Made by a program: the position numbers and the translations under genes. A stretch of DNA of 64,000 nucleotides from Candidatus Dormiibacterota bacterium (GTDB taxonomy: Bacteria > Chloroflexota > Dormibacteria > Aeolococcales > Aeolococcaceae): NCBI GenBank assembly GCA_036828955.1, contig DAISRJ010000007.1, forward strand, positions 1,967 to 65,966, read 5' to 3'. Shown piece after piece: positions 29,048-39,616 of the stretch (its first letter is position 1; every line of letters starts with the position of its first letter). The notes under the pieces are model-generated. The model made no database searches, was not told the DNA's origin, and saw only the letters and a list, made by a program, of their open reading frames with translations.

Positions 29048-30013
29048 ATGCGCGCGCAGCGGATCACATCCCTCGACGGACCCGAGGGTCTCCAGCTCAC
29101 CGAGATCCCAGCCCCGCCGGCCGACGGGCGGCTGATCATCGACGTCGCCGCTGCGGGCGTCAGCTACCCGGACGTTCTCATGAGCCGGGGGCTCTACCAG
29201 GCCAGGCCCGACCTGCCCTTCGTGCCCGGGGTCGAGGTCGCGGGGACCGTGCGCGACGCTCCGGCGGACTGCGGCTTTGCCCCCGGCGACCGGGTCATGG
29301 CGGTGACCACCCTGGGCGGGTTTGCGGAGGTCGCGGCCGCCCCGCCCGCTCTCACCTGCGCGCTTCCCCAGCAGTTCAGCTTCGAGCAGGGCGCCGGGTT
29401 CCTGCTCAACTACCACACCGCGCATTTCGCGCTGACCCGGCGCGCCGGACTGCGGCCGGGTCAGACCGTGGTCATCCATGGCGCCGCCGGCGGGGTGGGG
29501 ACCGCCGCCATCCAGGTGGCGCGTTGTCTCGGGGCAGAGGTGGTGGCCGTGACCAGCAGCGCGCAGAAGGCGGACGTGGCCCGTACCGCCGGCGCGCAGA
29601 CGGTGGTGGACAGCGCCGCCGACTGGCCATCGCTCCTCCGTTCGCTCAACAACGGGCGGGGAGCCGACGTCATCGTCGACCCTGTCGGCGGTGATCGTTT
29701 CGACGAGAGCCTGCGCTGCCTGGCCCCCGGGGGACGTGTGGTGGTCGTCGGCTTCACCGAGGGCCGCATCCCCACTGTGGCGGCGAATCGCCTGCTGCTG
29801 CGAAACATCTCGGTGGTTGGTGCAGCCTGGGGGGCGTGGCTGCGCGGCGACGCGTCGCTGTTCGCGACCACCGCGGCGGCGCTGCAACCGATGATCGAAA
29901 GCGGTGGCGCGCGTCCCATCGTCGGCGCGACCTTCCCACTGGCAGAGGCCGCTGCGGCGCTGCGACTCATCGAGGAGCGCCGCGCCGCCGGCAAGGTCGT
30001 GGTCATCATCTGA
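29048..30013 (+). CDS. NADPH:quinone oxidoreductase (zinc-type medium-chain dehydrogenase family)
   Basis: PFVPGVEVAGTV and the GAAGGVGTAAIQ Rossmann motif. The ATG at 29048 lies inside a 648-aa composite ORF. Confidence 0.85.
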   Translation: MRAQRITSLDGPEGLQLTEIPAPPADGRLIIDVAAAGVSYPDVLMSRGLYQARPDLPFVPGVEVAGTVRDAPADCGFAPGDRVMAVTTLGGFAEVAAAPPALTCALPQQFSFEQGAGFLLNYHTAHFALTRRAGLRPGQTVVIHGAAGGVGTAAIQVARCLGAEVVAVTSSAQKADVARTAGAQTVVDSAADWPSLLRSLNNGRGADVIVDPVGGDRFDESLRCLAPGGRVVVVGFTEGRIPTVAANRLLLRNISVVGAAWGAWLRGDASLFATTAAALQPMIESGGARPIVGATFPLAEAAAALRLIEERRAAGKVVVII

Positions 30014-30088
30014 CGGGGCCGCCTCCGAGGACACGGTAGGTCCGAAAACCGCCAGCAGAAACCCACTGCCAAGCCCCACCCTGCACGC

Positions 30089-31555
30089 ATGCACGACGAC
30101 TTCGAAGCCTGCTACCGCGCCATCCTCAGCCGCGACGCCCGCTTCGACGGCATGTTCTTCACGGCCGTGACCAGCACCGGGATCTATTGCCGCCCGGTGT
30201 GTCCCGCGCAGACTCCCAGGCGGGCCCACGTGCGCTTCTACGCGACCGCTGCGGCCGCTGAGGCGGCGGGCTTTCGAGCCTGTCTGCGCTGCCGCCCCCA
30301 CCTCGCCCCGGGCTCACTCCGGGCGGCCGCCGGTGACCGGGTCGCGGACCGCGCGCTGCGGCTGATCGCGTCGGGCGCCGCCGACGGCACCGGCGGGGTC
30401 GCGGTGGTCGCCCGCCGCCTCGAGGTGAGCGAGCGCCACCTCCACCGCGTGCTCTGCGAAGCGGTCGGGGCCGGTCCGCTCACGCTGGCGCGCATGCGCC
30501 GCCTTCAGACCGCGCGCACCCTCATCGAGCAGACCGCCATCCCCATCACCGACATCGCCTTCAGCGCCGGCTACTCATCGATCCGCCAGTTCAACAGCGA
30601 GGTGCGATCCGGCACCGGGCGACCGCCCACCGAACTGCGCCGCCGCCGCTCCGCCGTCCACGACGGCGAGGGTGCCATCGTCCTGCGCCTCGGGGTCCGG
30701 CCCCCGTTCGACGGTGCATCCCTGCTCGCGTTCCACGGGATGCGCGCCGTCGGCGGAGTGGAGCGCTGCACCGCGACGACGCTGACCCGGTCGCTGTCGC
30801 TGTCCCACGGCGCTGCCGTGGTCGAGCTCGAGCCGCAGCCCACGCAATTGCTCGTCCGCCTCTGGCTCGACGACGTCCGCGACCTCGGCACCGCCGTCGA
30901 CCGGTGCCGGCGGCTCTTCGACGTCGACGCCGACCCGGAGGCGATCGCCGCCGTCCTCGGCGCCGATCCCCTGCTCGCCCCACTGGTCGCTGCGCGTCCC
31001 GGCCTTCGCGTGCCCGGCGGTGCTGACGCCGAGGAGATCGCCTTCCGCGCGGTGCTGGGTCAACAGGTATCGGTCCGCCGCGCCACAGCACTCGCCGCCC
31101 GGCTGACCGAGGACTTCGGGACACGACTGGCACGTCCGCGCCGCGGTGTCGATCGTCTCTTCCCGTCGGCGAACGCTCTCGCCGCCGCCGACCTCGCCGC
31201 GGTCGGCCTCACCACCGAGCGGGCGGAGACGCTGCGACTCCTCGCCGGCGCCCTGGCGGCGGGCGACCTCGATCTCGAAGGGGCCGCCGACGGCGCTGAG
31301 GTCCGCGAGGCGCTGCTCTCCCTCCGCGGCATCGGCGCGTGGACGGCCGCGTACATCGCCATGCGTGGGCTGCGCGATCCTGACGCCTTTCCCGCCGGCG
31401 ACCTGGCCCTGCGTCGGGGCTTCGCGAGCGCCGGCGGCAGCGCCGGCGACCTCTCGACGCGCGCCGATCGATGGAGACCCTGGCGCGCCTACGCCGCCGT
31501 CCACCTCTGGGCACAACCGCCACCGCCGCCAAGAACAACGGAGACACAGCCATGA
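30089..31555 (+). CDS. Ada-type regulatory domain fused to DNA-3-methyladenine glycosylase II (AdaA-AlkA fusion)
   Basis: N-terminal Cys cluster YCRPVCPA...CLRCRP, an AraC HTH (IAFSAGYSSIRQFNSEVR) and a C-terminal HhH LSLRGIGAWTAAYIAMRGL. Confidence 0.85.
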   Translation: MHDDFEACYRAILSRDARFDGMFFTAVTSTGIYCRPVCPAQTPRRAHVRFYATAAAAEAAGFRACLRCRPHLAPGSLRAAAGDRVADRALRLIASGAADGTGGVAVVARRLEVSERHLHRVLCEAVGAGPLTLARMRRLQTARTLIEQTAIPITDIAFSAGYSSIRQFNSEVRSGTGRPPTELRRRRSAVHDGEGAIVLRLGVRPPFDGASLLAFHGMRAVGGVERCTATTLTRSLSLSHGAAVVELEPQPTQLLVRLWLDDVRDLGTAVDRCRRLFDVDADPEAIAAVLGADPLLAPLVAARPGLRVPGGADAEEIAFRAVLGQQVSVRRATALAARLTEDFGTRLARPRRGVDRLFPSANALAAADLAAVGLTTERAETLRLLAGALAAGDLDLEGAADGAEVREALLSLRGIGAWTAAYIAMRGLRDPDAFPAGDLALRRGFASAGGSAGDLSTRADRWRPWRAYAAVHLWAQPPPPPRTTETQP

Positions 31556-32049
31556 CCCTGATCGCCACCACCGTCGCCACGCCGCTGGGGCCGATGTCGC
31601 TTCTCGGCACATCGCAGTGCCTGCACGTGGCCGCATTCGGCGAGGACCTCGACGACCTCCGTGACCGCCTGCCGCAGCCCTTGCGGAACAGCCCGGTGCA
31701 ACGCGGCGAGACGGCCGCCGCCGCGGCTCTGCGCGAGTATTTCGCCGGTGACATGCGCGCCCTCGACCGCGTCGACGTCGAGCAGCCAGGAGGGCCCTTC
31801 CACACCGCCGTGTGGAAGGAGATGCGCGCCATCCCAGCGGGCACGACGGTGAGCTACGCCGACCTCGCCGCGCGCGCCGGTGCCCCCAGGGCAGCGCGAG
31901 CCGCCGCCTCCGCGTGCGCCCGCAACGCGGTGTGCCTGTTCATCCCATGCCACCGCGTGGTCCGCAGCGACGGCAGCCTGGGCGGTTATTACTATGGTCT
32001 GGCGACCAAGCGCAGCCTGCTCGCCCACGAAGGTGTCACCGAACGCTGA
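31552..32049 (+). CDS. ogt: methylated-DNA--protein-cysteine methyltransferase
   Basis: Active site IPCHRVV. The ATG overlaps the upstream stop (ATGA). Confidence 0.9.
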   Translation: MTLIATTVATPLGPMSLLGTSQCLHVAAFGEDLDDLRDRLPQPLRNSPVQRGETAAAAALREYFAGDMRALDRVDVEQPGGPFHTAVWKEMRAIPAGTTVSYADLAARAGAPRAARAAASACARNAVCLFIPCHRVVRSDGSLGGYYYGLATKRSLLAHEGVTER

Positions 32050-32271
32050 CGTTGGGCGCCAAGTTGGCCGGTTGCGCGTACGATCGTGCAGGGTGGAGCA
32101 CGGAGGTCAGGTGATCGACCAGCGCCGCAACAGCAGGTGGACCGCGGACGTCGCGCGCGCCCAAGGCGGCCGCGCCCGGCGCGGCCAAGACACAGCCGGG
32201 GCAGAATCCGTCACCCTGTGCATGGAGAGGGCACGCCCACGGGCGGGATTGGTACCGGTACCGGAGAGAGC

Positions 32272-33378
<1,107 letters not shown>

Positions 33379-33388
33379 CCCGCCCGGG

Positions 33389-33958
33389 TCAGCTGCGCGC
33401 GGTCAGCTCGAGTGCCGCGTCGACGGCCGCCCGCACCCGCGCCGCGTCTCGCGCCGCGCGCACAACCGCGATGCCGGCGGCGCCGGCCTCGACGCATGAC
33501 GCGGCGTTACCGGCATCGATGCCGCCGATGGCGATGACCGGGATGCTCACCACAGAGCAGATGTCGGCCAGCCCGGCGAGGCCAAGCGGCGGAGCGGCGT
33601 CGGTCTTGCTCGGCGTTGCCCAGATCGGTCCGGCCCCGAGGTAGCGGGCGCCCCGCGCCTGCGCCTCCTCGGCCTCGTCGACCCCGGCGACGCTGATGCC
33701 CAGCAGCAGCCCCTCCGCGACGGCGCGCTCGGCGCCCCGGTCGGTCTGTCCGAGGTGCACGCCATCGGCACCGCTGCGCAGGGCGGCCTCGACGTCATCG
33801 TTGATGACGAGGATGGCCGGAAGATTGCGGAGCCGCCGCCCCATGTCGGCGCGAGCCACCGTCCCGGCATCCTTGAGGCGCAGCTGGATCACGGTGGCGC
33901 CCCCGGCCACAGCCAGCACGGCGACGTCGACGCTGTCGACGACCGCGTGCAGCCTCAC
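33389..33958 (-). CDS. thiE: thiamine-phosphate synthase
   Basis: 189 aa. VIQLRLKD...VHLGQTD...GAGPIWATPSK...IGGI pattern. The GTG overlaps the thiM stop (GTGA). Confidence 0.85.
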   Translation of the reverse strand: MRLHAVVDSVDVAVLAVAGGATVIQLRLKDAGTVARADMGRRLRNLPAILVINDDVEAALRSGADGVHLGQTDRGAERAVAEGLLLGISVAGVDEAEEAQARGARYLGAGPIWATPSKTDAAPPLGLAGLADICSVVSIPVIAIGGIDAGNAASCVEAGAAGIAVVRAARDAARVRAAVDAALELTARS

Positions 33959-34788
33959 AGGCGCGTGACCCGGGCGCGCCCGTCGATGCTGTCAGGTGAG
34001 AGCAGGTGGAGCGCGTCGTAGAGGGCGACATGGAAGCTGCCCGGCCCCCGGCTGTTCAGGGCCGCGTCCTCCCCGGCCACGCCCAGCGCCACAAGGGCCG
34101 AGACCGCACCGTCGAGCAGCGCCCCCTCGCTGACGGCCGCGAAACAGCCCGTGAGGGCGCTGGCGATGCACCCGGTGCCGGTGACCATGGCAAGGAGCGG
34201 GTCACCGTTGGCGACGGCGTAGGTTGTGCTGCCGTCGCTGACGGCGTCGATCGCCCCGGTCACCGCGACCACGCAGCCGAGCGCGCGCGCCGCTGCACTG
34301 GCGAGGTCGCCGCCCTCGTCGCCGGCTCCGATCGACTCCACGCCGCGGATCTCGGCGCTTCGTCCGACCAGGCTGGCCACCTCGGCGGCGTTGCCGCGGA
34401 CGACGCCCACCACCACCTCGTCGAGGATGCGCCGGCTGCTCTCGGTGCGCAGCCGGGTGGCCCCGGCGCCCACCGGGTCGAGGACCACAGGCACCCCGGC
34501 CGCGTTGGCGGCGTGGCCGGCAACGATCATGGAGGCGACCCACTCGGTGCTGAGCGTGCCGATGTTGAGCACCAGCGCACCTGCCATGGATGCCATCTCC
34601 ACCACCTCCTCGGGCGCGTGCGCCATCACAGGAAGCGCTCCGATGGCCAGCGTGGCGTTGGCCGTCTCGTTCATCACGACGAAGTTGGTGATCTGGTGCA
34701 CGAGAGGTCGGAGCTCGCGCATGCGCCGCAGAAGGGCACCGGTGGGCATGGCGGCCACGCCGACGGGCGAGCCGATCTCCGTGCTCAT
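33955..34788 (-). CDS. thiM: hydroxyethylthiazole kinase
   Basis: PLVHQITNFVVMNETANATLAIGALPVMA is characteristic. The ATG at 34788 overlaps the thiD stop (ATGA). The longer ORF was rejected. Confidence 0.85.
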   Translation of the reverse strand: MSTEIGSPVGVAAMPTGALLRRMRELRPLVHQITNFVVMNETANATLAIGALPVMAHAPEEVVEMASMAGALVLNIGTLSTEWVASMIVAGHAANAAGVPVVLDPVGAGATRLRTESSRRILDEVVVGVVRGNAAEVASLVGRSAEIRGVESIGAGDEGGDLASAAARALGCVVAVTGAIDAVSDGSTTYAVANGDPLLAMVTGTGCIASALTGCFAAVSEGALLDGAVSALVALGVAGEDAALNSRGPGSFHVALYDALHLLSPDSIDGRARVTRL

Positions 34789-35603
34789 GCGCTCCTCCCT
34801 CCCGTCAGCACCGGCGCGGCACGTGCCCGGCCCCGGACGCCCAGCACGTCGACGGGACCGTCGCCCGCACCGATGTCGGTCAGCCCGGCGGCCACCGCTG
34901 CCGACGTGACCTCGGCCGCTGCCGCGGCCGCAGCCACCAGCGACCAGCCCTGCGCGAGCAGCGCCGTCACGGTCGCCGAATGGGTGCACCCGGCACCGTG
35001 GGTGGTGGCGATGTCGTGGCGCGGCACGGGGATCTCGACGTGGTCGGTCCCATCGAAGAGGTGGTCGACAGCCGTGTCGCCGTGGCCGCCGGTCACGATC
35101 ACCGCAGCTGCGCCCATGTCGTGGAGGCGCTCGGCCAGCTCGCGCCTCGAGGCGGTCACACCGGTCAGCGCCTCCGCCTCGGGCACGTTGGGGGTCACCA
35201 CCGTGGCGAGCGGGAACAACCGTCGAACCATCACCTCAACGGCGTCCGGGCGCAGCAGTCGCGCCCCCGAGCTGGCGACCATGACGGGATCGACGACGAG
35301 CGGCAGGCGCCGTCCTGCGAGCGCGTCGGCGACCGTCTCGATGATCTCGGCAGAGAGCAGCATTCCGGTCTTGACAGCGTCGACGCCGATGTCGTCGAAG
35401 ACCGCCTCGACCTGCGCGAGGATGAACTCGGGAGGCACGGCGTGGATGGCGGTGACCTCACGCGTGTTCTGCGCCGTCAGCGCCACGAGGACGGTGCTGC
35501 CGTGGCAGCCGGCGGCGGCGAAGGCGCGCAGGTCGGCCTGGATGCCGGCGCCGCCACCCGAGTCGGACGAGGCGATGGAGAGGGCGCGAGCGGTGCGATT
35601 CAT
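34785..35603 (-). CDS. thiD: hydroxymethylpyrimidine/phosphomethylpyrimidine kinase
   Basis: ALSIASSDSGGGAGIQADLRAF at the N-terminus and VVDPVMVASSG. First gene after the TPP riboswitch. Confidence 0.9.
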   Translation of the reverse strand: MNRTARALSIASSDSGGGAGIQADLRAFAAAGCHGSTVLVALTAQNTREVTAIHAVPPEFILAQVEAVFDDIGVDAVKTGMLLSAEIIETVADALAGRRLPLVVDPVMVASSGARLLRPDAVEVMVRRLFPLATVVTPNVPEAEALTGVTASRRELAERLHDMGAAAVIVTGGHGDTAVDHLFDGTDHVEIPVPRHDIATTHGAGCTHSATVTALLAQGWSLVAAAAAAAEVTSAAVAAGLTDIGAGDGPVDVLGVRGRARAAPVLTGGRSA

Positions 35604-35690
35604 CCGTACTCCCTACGCTGGCATGACCCAGATCAGGTTCGCGGGTGTGTTCTCAGCCCTGCACAGGGCACCCCGGTCGGGCCAATCTAC
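35604..35690 (-). promoter_or_regulatory. TPP (THI-box) riboswitch
   Basis: The minus strand reads ...CCGACCGGGGTGCCCTGTGCAGGGCTGAGAACACACCCGCGAACCTGATCTGGGTCATGCCAGCGTAGGGAGTACGG-ATG. It contains the CTGAGA and ACCTGATCTGGGTCATGCCAGCG core. The AGGGAG Shine-Dalgarno is part of the 3' side. Confidence 0.85.
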
Positions 35691-35732
35691 CACCGCGCGA
35701 GCCGTCGCCGCGGCCGGCGACTGACCCCGGTC

Positions 35733-37175
35733 CTACAGCTCCAGGCGTGCCCGCGCCGCCCGGAGCCGTTGCACCGACACCTCGGGGCCGATGAACGCCA
35801 TGGCATCGAAGACGGGAACGCCCTGGGGTCGCCCGAGGATGGCGATGTAGAGCACGCGGAACGCATCCCGCGCCTTCACCCCACGCGCATCGACCAGGGC
35901 GGTGAGCCGCTCACGCAGGGCGGTGAGGTCGGCGAGCCCGTCCCCGCCCAACTCGAGGCAGGCCGCGTCGAGCAGGGCGATCGCCGTGTCCGAGTCGACG
36001 TTGCGCGGGGGGAACGCCACGCCGTCCTCCGGCGGTGCGTCGCCGAGGAGAGGGCCGGCCAGCGCGGCGGCGTCGCTCATCACCACCATGCGCTCCTGGA
36101 GCAGCGGCACCAGGCGGCGGCGCGTCTCCTTGCTGGTGGACGGCAGCCAGAACTCGAGGAGCTCCACAAGTTCTTCGACGGGGAGGCGGCGGATGTGCTG
36201 CCCGTTGATGGAGTCCAGGCGCTTGGGGTCGAAGACCGCCGCCGAGTCGTTGACACGCTCCAGCGAGAATCTCTGCACAAGTTCGGGGGGCGTGAACAGC
36301 TCCTCCTCCGTTCCCGACGACCAGCCGAGCAGGGCCATCGCATTGACCACCGCCGGCGCCAGGTAGCCCAATTCACCGTACTCGAGGACGTTGCGCGCCC
36401 CGTGACGCTTGCTGAGCTTCTGCCGGTCCTCACCGAGCACCGGCGGCACGTGCGCGAAGCGAGGAGGATCCCAGCCGAAGGCGCTGTAGAGACCGAGGTG
36501 CTTGGGCGTCGACGGGATCCACTCGTCGCTGCGGATGACGTCGGTGATCTCCATGAGGTGGTCGTCGATCACCACGGCGAGGTGATAGGTCGGAAACCCG
36601 TCCGACTTGAGCAGCACCTGGTCGTCGATGTCGGCGTTGTCGAAGGAGATCTCGCCGCGCACCACGTCGATCCACGTGGTGCGACCGGGGGCGATGAGCT
36701 GGCGCAGCACGGCCGGCATGCCCTCGGCGCGCTCCCGTGTCACCTCGTTCTGCCGCGCCAGGCAGCGGCGGTCGTAGCGCGTCGGCTGTTTGGCGGCCCG
36801 CTGGCGCTCGCGCATCTCGCTGAGCCGCTCGGGGCTGCACGTGCACCAGTACGCAGCGCTGCGCTCGACGAGCACCTCGGCGTGCTGGCGATAGACGTCG
36901 GTGCGCAACGACTGGATGTACGGGCCATGCGGACCGCCGACCTCGGGGCCCTCGTCCCAACTCAACCCCAGCCAGAGCAGGGTCTCCATGATCAGCGCCT
37001 CGCTGCCCTCGAGGTAGCGCTCCTGGTCGGTGTCCTCGATGCGCAGGATGAACCTGCCATCGGTGGACCGCGCGCTCAGCCACGCGAAGAGAGCCGTCCG
37101 CACCGAGCCGAAATGCAGGGGTCCGGTGGGGGAGGGTGCGAAGCGCGTCCGCATCGGTGTGCGGGCGCCGGTCAC
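35733..37175 (-). CDS. gltX: glutamate--tRNA ligase
   Basis: RTRFAPSPTGPLHFGSVRTALF (HIGH region) and KLSKRHG (KMSKS). The GTG at 37175 overlaps the upstream stop (GTGA). The ATG at 37154 is an alternative start. Confidence 0.9.
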   Translation of the reverse strand: MTGARTPMRTRFAPSPTGPLHFGSVRTALFAWLSARSTDGRFILRIEDTDQERYLEGSEALIMETLLWLGLSWDEGPEVGGPHGPYIQSLRTDVYRQHAEVLVERSAAYWCTCSPERLSEMRERQRAAKQPTRYDRRCLARQNEVTRERAEGMPAVLRQLIAPGRTTWIDVVRGEISFDNADIDDQVLLKSDGFPTYHLAVVIDDHLMEITDVIRSDEWIPSTPKHLGLYSAFGWDPPRFAHVPPVLGEDRQKLSKRHGARNVLEYGELGYLAPAVVNAMALLGWSSGTEEELFTPPELVQRFSLERVNDSAAVFDPKRLDSINGQHIRRLPVEELVELLEFWLPSTSKETRRRLVPLLQERMVVMSDAAALAGPLLGDAPPEDGVAFPPRNVDSDTAIALLDAACLELGGDGLADLTALRERLTALVDARGVKARDAFRVLYIAILGRPQGVPVFDAMAFIGPEVSVQRLRAARARLEL

Positions 37176-37630
37176 CTCGGGGCGGCGATCAGCAGAGCGA
37201 CGACCGTCCAGACCACGAGCGCAGCGATGAGGAGCGGGGCGTCCCAGTTGCTCGCGGTCACGCTCATGAGGCGAACCGTTCCGCCGCCGCGTGGTGCGTC
37301 ACCGACATGGGCAACGCCGCCGCCTGCGCCGGGACGGCCGATGTCGCCCATGCCCCACGCCGGGGGCGGGGCGAGAGGACCGGACCGGGGGGTGACGTGG
37401 AGGCTCTGCTCCCGCTCGCGGGCACGCGCGTCGAGCACCACCCCGGCGATGACCATGGTGCCGAAGCCGCCCGCGCCGAGTCCGATCAGGATGAGGATGA
37501 CCCCGAGGGCGACGTTCAGGTAGTCGTTGTAGGCGTGGGGGCCGAGCAGGACGAGGATCCCACCGGCGATCAGCGCCACGGCGGTGATGCCGAAGCCGAT
37601 CGTCTTGCCGGCAATTTCGCGGAAGGACAT
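37172..37630 (-). CDS. small membrane protein, function unknown
   Basis: The ATG at 37630 (MSFREIAGKTIGFGITAVALIAGG...) is preceded by GGAGAG. It has two or three hydrophobic helices and a Gly/Pro-rich loop. The ORF-track start at 37690 is possible. Confidence 0.5.
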   Translation of the reverse strand: MSFREIAGKTIGFGITAVALIAGGILVLLGPHAYNDYLNVALGVILILIGLGAGGFGTMVIAGVVLDARAREREQSLHVTPRSGPLAPPPAWGMGDIGRPGAGGGVAHVGDAPRGGGTVRLMSVTASNWDAPLLIAALVVWTVVALLIAAPR

Positions 37631-37708
37631 CTGGCTCTCCGAGGCGGTCAACGTCGGCATCGAGTATAGGGAAGCCCACGACTCCGCCACCTAAGATTCG
37701 ACCTTCGC

Positions 37709-37780
37709 GCCCGCATCGTCTAGCGGTCAGGACACCACCCTTTCAAGGTGGTAACCGGGGTTCGACTCCCCGTGCGGGTA
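37709..37780 (+). tRNA. tRNA-Glu (anticodon TTC)
   Basis: GCCCGCA-TC-GTCTAGCGGTCAGGAC-A-CCACC-CTTTCAA-GGTGG-TAAC-CGGGG-TTCGACT-CCCCG-TGCGGGT-A. A clean cloverleaf, very similar to canonical bacterial tRNA-Glu. CCA is not encoded. Confidence 0.9.
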
Positions 37781-37854
37781 GCGGCGCCGGCGGGCCGGAT
37801 TCCGCTCGCACAGACCACAATCGGAGGTATCACCCCAGGATCACAGGAGAAAAC

Positions 37855-38532
37855 ATGACGCCTTCGCCCAACCTGCAGCCCGGCCGGCACCCGGAGCGGG
37901 CGGTGGCCGACATGGCGGTCGTCCGCGACATCCTCGACTCCGAGGCGGTGTGCCACGTCGCCTTCATCCAGGATGGATGGCCCTACGCGATCCCCACCAT
38001 CCACGCGCGTGACGGCGATCGGCTGCTCATCCACGGGTCCACCCTGAGCCGGATGCTCGGCGGCCTGGCGGCGGGCATCCCGGCGACGATCACGGTGACC
38101 GCGATCGACGGCCTCGTCTGTGCCCGCTCCGCCTTTCACCATTCCATGAACTACCGGTGTGCCATGGTGTTCGGCATCGCCGAGCCCGTTCGCGACGACG
38201 ATGAGAAGCTGGCGGCGATGCGGGTCATCGTCGAACACGTGCTGCCGGGACGGTGGGCAGAGGTGAGGCCGCCCAAGCCGTCCGAGCTTCGCGCCACCGA
38301 GATCGTCGCGATGTCGCTGGACCGGGCCACGGCGAAGGTGCGCCGCGGCGGTCCGATGGATGCGCCCGCCGACCTCAGGACAGCGGTGTGGTCGGGTGTG
38401 CTCCCTCTGCGCACCCGGGTTGGCCGGCCCACGCTGGTCCCCGACGACGTCGCCGGCCTGCCGCTGCCGGCCAGCGTCGCGGCGGCACTCGCCGCACGCT
38501 CGTCCGGGAACGGGGCAGCTCGCCAGGGGTGA
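37855..38532 (+). CDS. pyridoxamine 5'-phosphate oxidase-family flavoprotein
   Basis: ILDSEAVCHVAFIQDGWPYAIPTIHARDGDRLLIHGS is typical of the PNPOx-like split-barrel family. AGGAGA precedes the ATG. Confidence 0.8.
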   Translation: MTPSPNLQPGRHPERAVADMAVVRDILDSEAVCHVAFIQDGWPYAIPTIHARDGDRLLIHGSTLSRMLGGLAAGIPATITVTAIDGLVCARSAFHHSMNYRCAMVFGIAEPVRDDDEKLAAMRVIVEHVLPGRWAEVRPPKPSELRATEIVAMSLDRATAKVRRGGPMDAPADLRTAVWSGVLPLRTRVGRPTLVPDDVAGLPLPASVAAALAARSSGNGAARQG

Positions 38533-38640
38533 GCACACGACCCATGGCGGCAGCGGTCATCGACCGGCCGAGCTGGTACCCCGACCTCGCCCGTGTAACA
38601 CCGGGAGCCTGGGGTGGTGCCTTATGTGGATCCGCTGCAC

Positions 38641-38670
38641 TTGCTAAAGCTGCTAGTAAGACTGTAGAGT
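38641..38670 (+). promoter_or_regulatory. candidate promoter (TTGCTA-18 nt-TAGAGT) in an AT-rich island
   Basis: Bases ~38620-38675 are the most AT-rich stretch of the window. If translated, A/T-ending codons dominate, so the stretch is non-coding. It lies upstream of the small ORF at 38727. Confidence 0.35.
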
Positions 38671-38726
38671 TATGTCGCTGGTACGTGGCCGTCAACGGGC
38701 CCGTCAGGGATTCTCGGAGACCAGAC

Positions 38727-38930
38727 ATGATCGCCACCGCCCCGCCCCGCATCGCGGCCACCTCGGCCGCCGACGGATGGACTTCGCCACCGACCCTTCG
38801 GGGACGGCGTCAGACGGCCCGCCGTCGGCGCCTGATCATGCTATTTCGCGACTGGCTGGGCATCGGCGTCATCGCCTGTCTCTCGGTGACGCTCTTCGCC
38901 GTGACCTATCTCAGCCTTCTCGGACGCTGA
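38727..38930 (+). CDS. 67-aa small membrane protein, function unknown
   Basis: The ATG is preceded by GGAGA with a 6-nt spacing. An Arg-rich segment (RGRRQTARRRR) is followed by one TM helix LGIGVIACLSVTLFAVTYLSLL. High GC3. Confidence 0.45.
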   Translation: MIATAPPRIAATSAADGWTSPPTLRGRRQTARRRRLIMLFRDWLGIGVIACLSVTLFAVTYLSLLGR

Positions 38931-38956
38931 CGCTCCGCTGCGTCGCCGTGGTCACG

Positions 38957-39616
38957 TCAGGACGACGGCCACGCCAGGTCGCCGAAAAACCCGGAGGGCT
39001 GCGGCGCGAGGCGGTACGCGGCACAGCCGCGGCGGCTCTCCCCGATGGTGGTGCCCTCGCCGTGCCCCGGCAGCACGAGCGTCTCGGGCGGCAGCGGCAG
39101 AAGCCGCGCCTCAATGCTGGCGATGATCGTTTCGAGGTCACCGGCCGCGAATGTCTTGCCCGGTCCGCCCTTGAAGAGGGTGTCGCCGCTGATCAGGGTG
39201 CTGCCCAGCCGCATCGAGATGCTGCCGGGCGTGTGCCCGGGTGTGTGGAGGATGTCGATGCGGATGGAGCCGACCCGCACCTCGGCCCCGTCCTCGAGGC
39301 GGCCGTCGATGCGTTCCGGGGGGATCCGTGTCTCCGCCGCCCCGACGAGCACCGGGGCGCCGGTGGCGGCTCGCACCGCGTCATAGGTCGCCCAGTGGTC
39401 TGGATGCCAGTGCGTGGCGATGATGTGCTGGACCCGCCCCTCGGCGGCGATGGCCTCGAGCAGCGGTCCCTCGTCCAGGGGCATGTCCACGAGGAGTGAG
39501 GCCCCGGCGGCGACGTCGCGGACGATGTACGCGTTGTTGTTGAACGGGCCCATCGGCCCCACCTGCACGATCCGGATGCCACCGTCCTCGATGACGGTGA
39601 GGTCAGCCCGTCCCAT
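38957..39616 (-). CDS. MBL-fold metallo-hydrolase
   Basis: IIATHWHPDHW (HxHxDH) and a later HTPGHTPGS. ATG at 39616. The longer ORF was rejected. Confidence 0.85.
   Translation of the reverse strand: MGRADLTVIEDGGIRIVQVGPMGPFNNNAYIVRDVAAGASLLVDMPLDEGPLLEAIAAEGRVQHIIATHWHPDHWATYDAVRAATGAPVLVGAAETRIPPERIDGRLEDGAEVRVGSIRIDILHTPGHTPGSISMRLGSTLISGDTLFKGGPGKTFAAGDLETIIASIEARLLPLPPETLVLPGHGEGTTIGESRRGCAAYRLAPQPSGFFGDLAWPSS

Noticed and set aside
34980-37523. 847-aa plus-strand ORF
   Set aside because: It lies antisense to thiD, the TPP riboswitch and gltX, has no recognisable domain, and is GC-shadow sequence.
38544-38726. Longer 128-aa version of the small membrane protein ORF
   Set aside because: It must read through the AT-rich stretch with A/T-ending codons (TTA, TGT, GGA, GCT, AAA, AGT, GTA) that are atypical for this genome. 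A promoter-like motif and an SD fit the short form.
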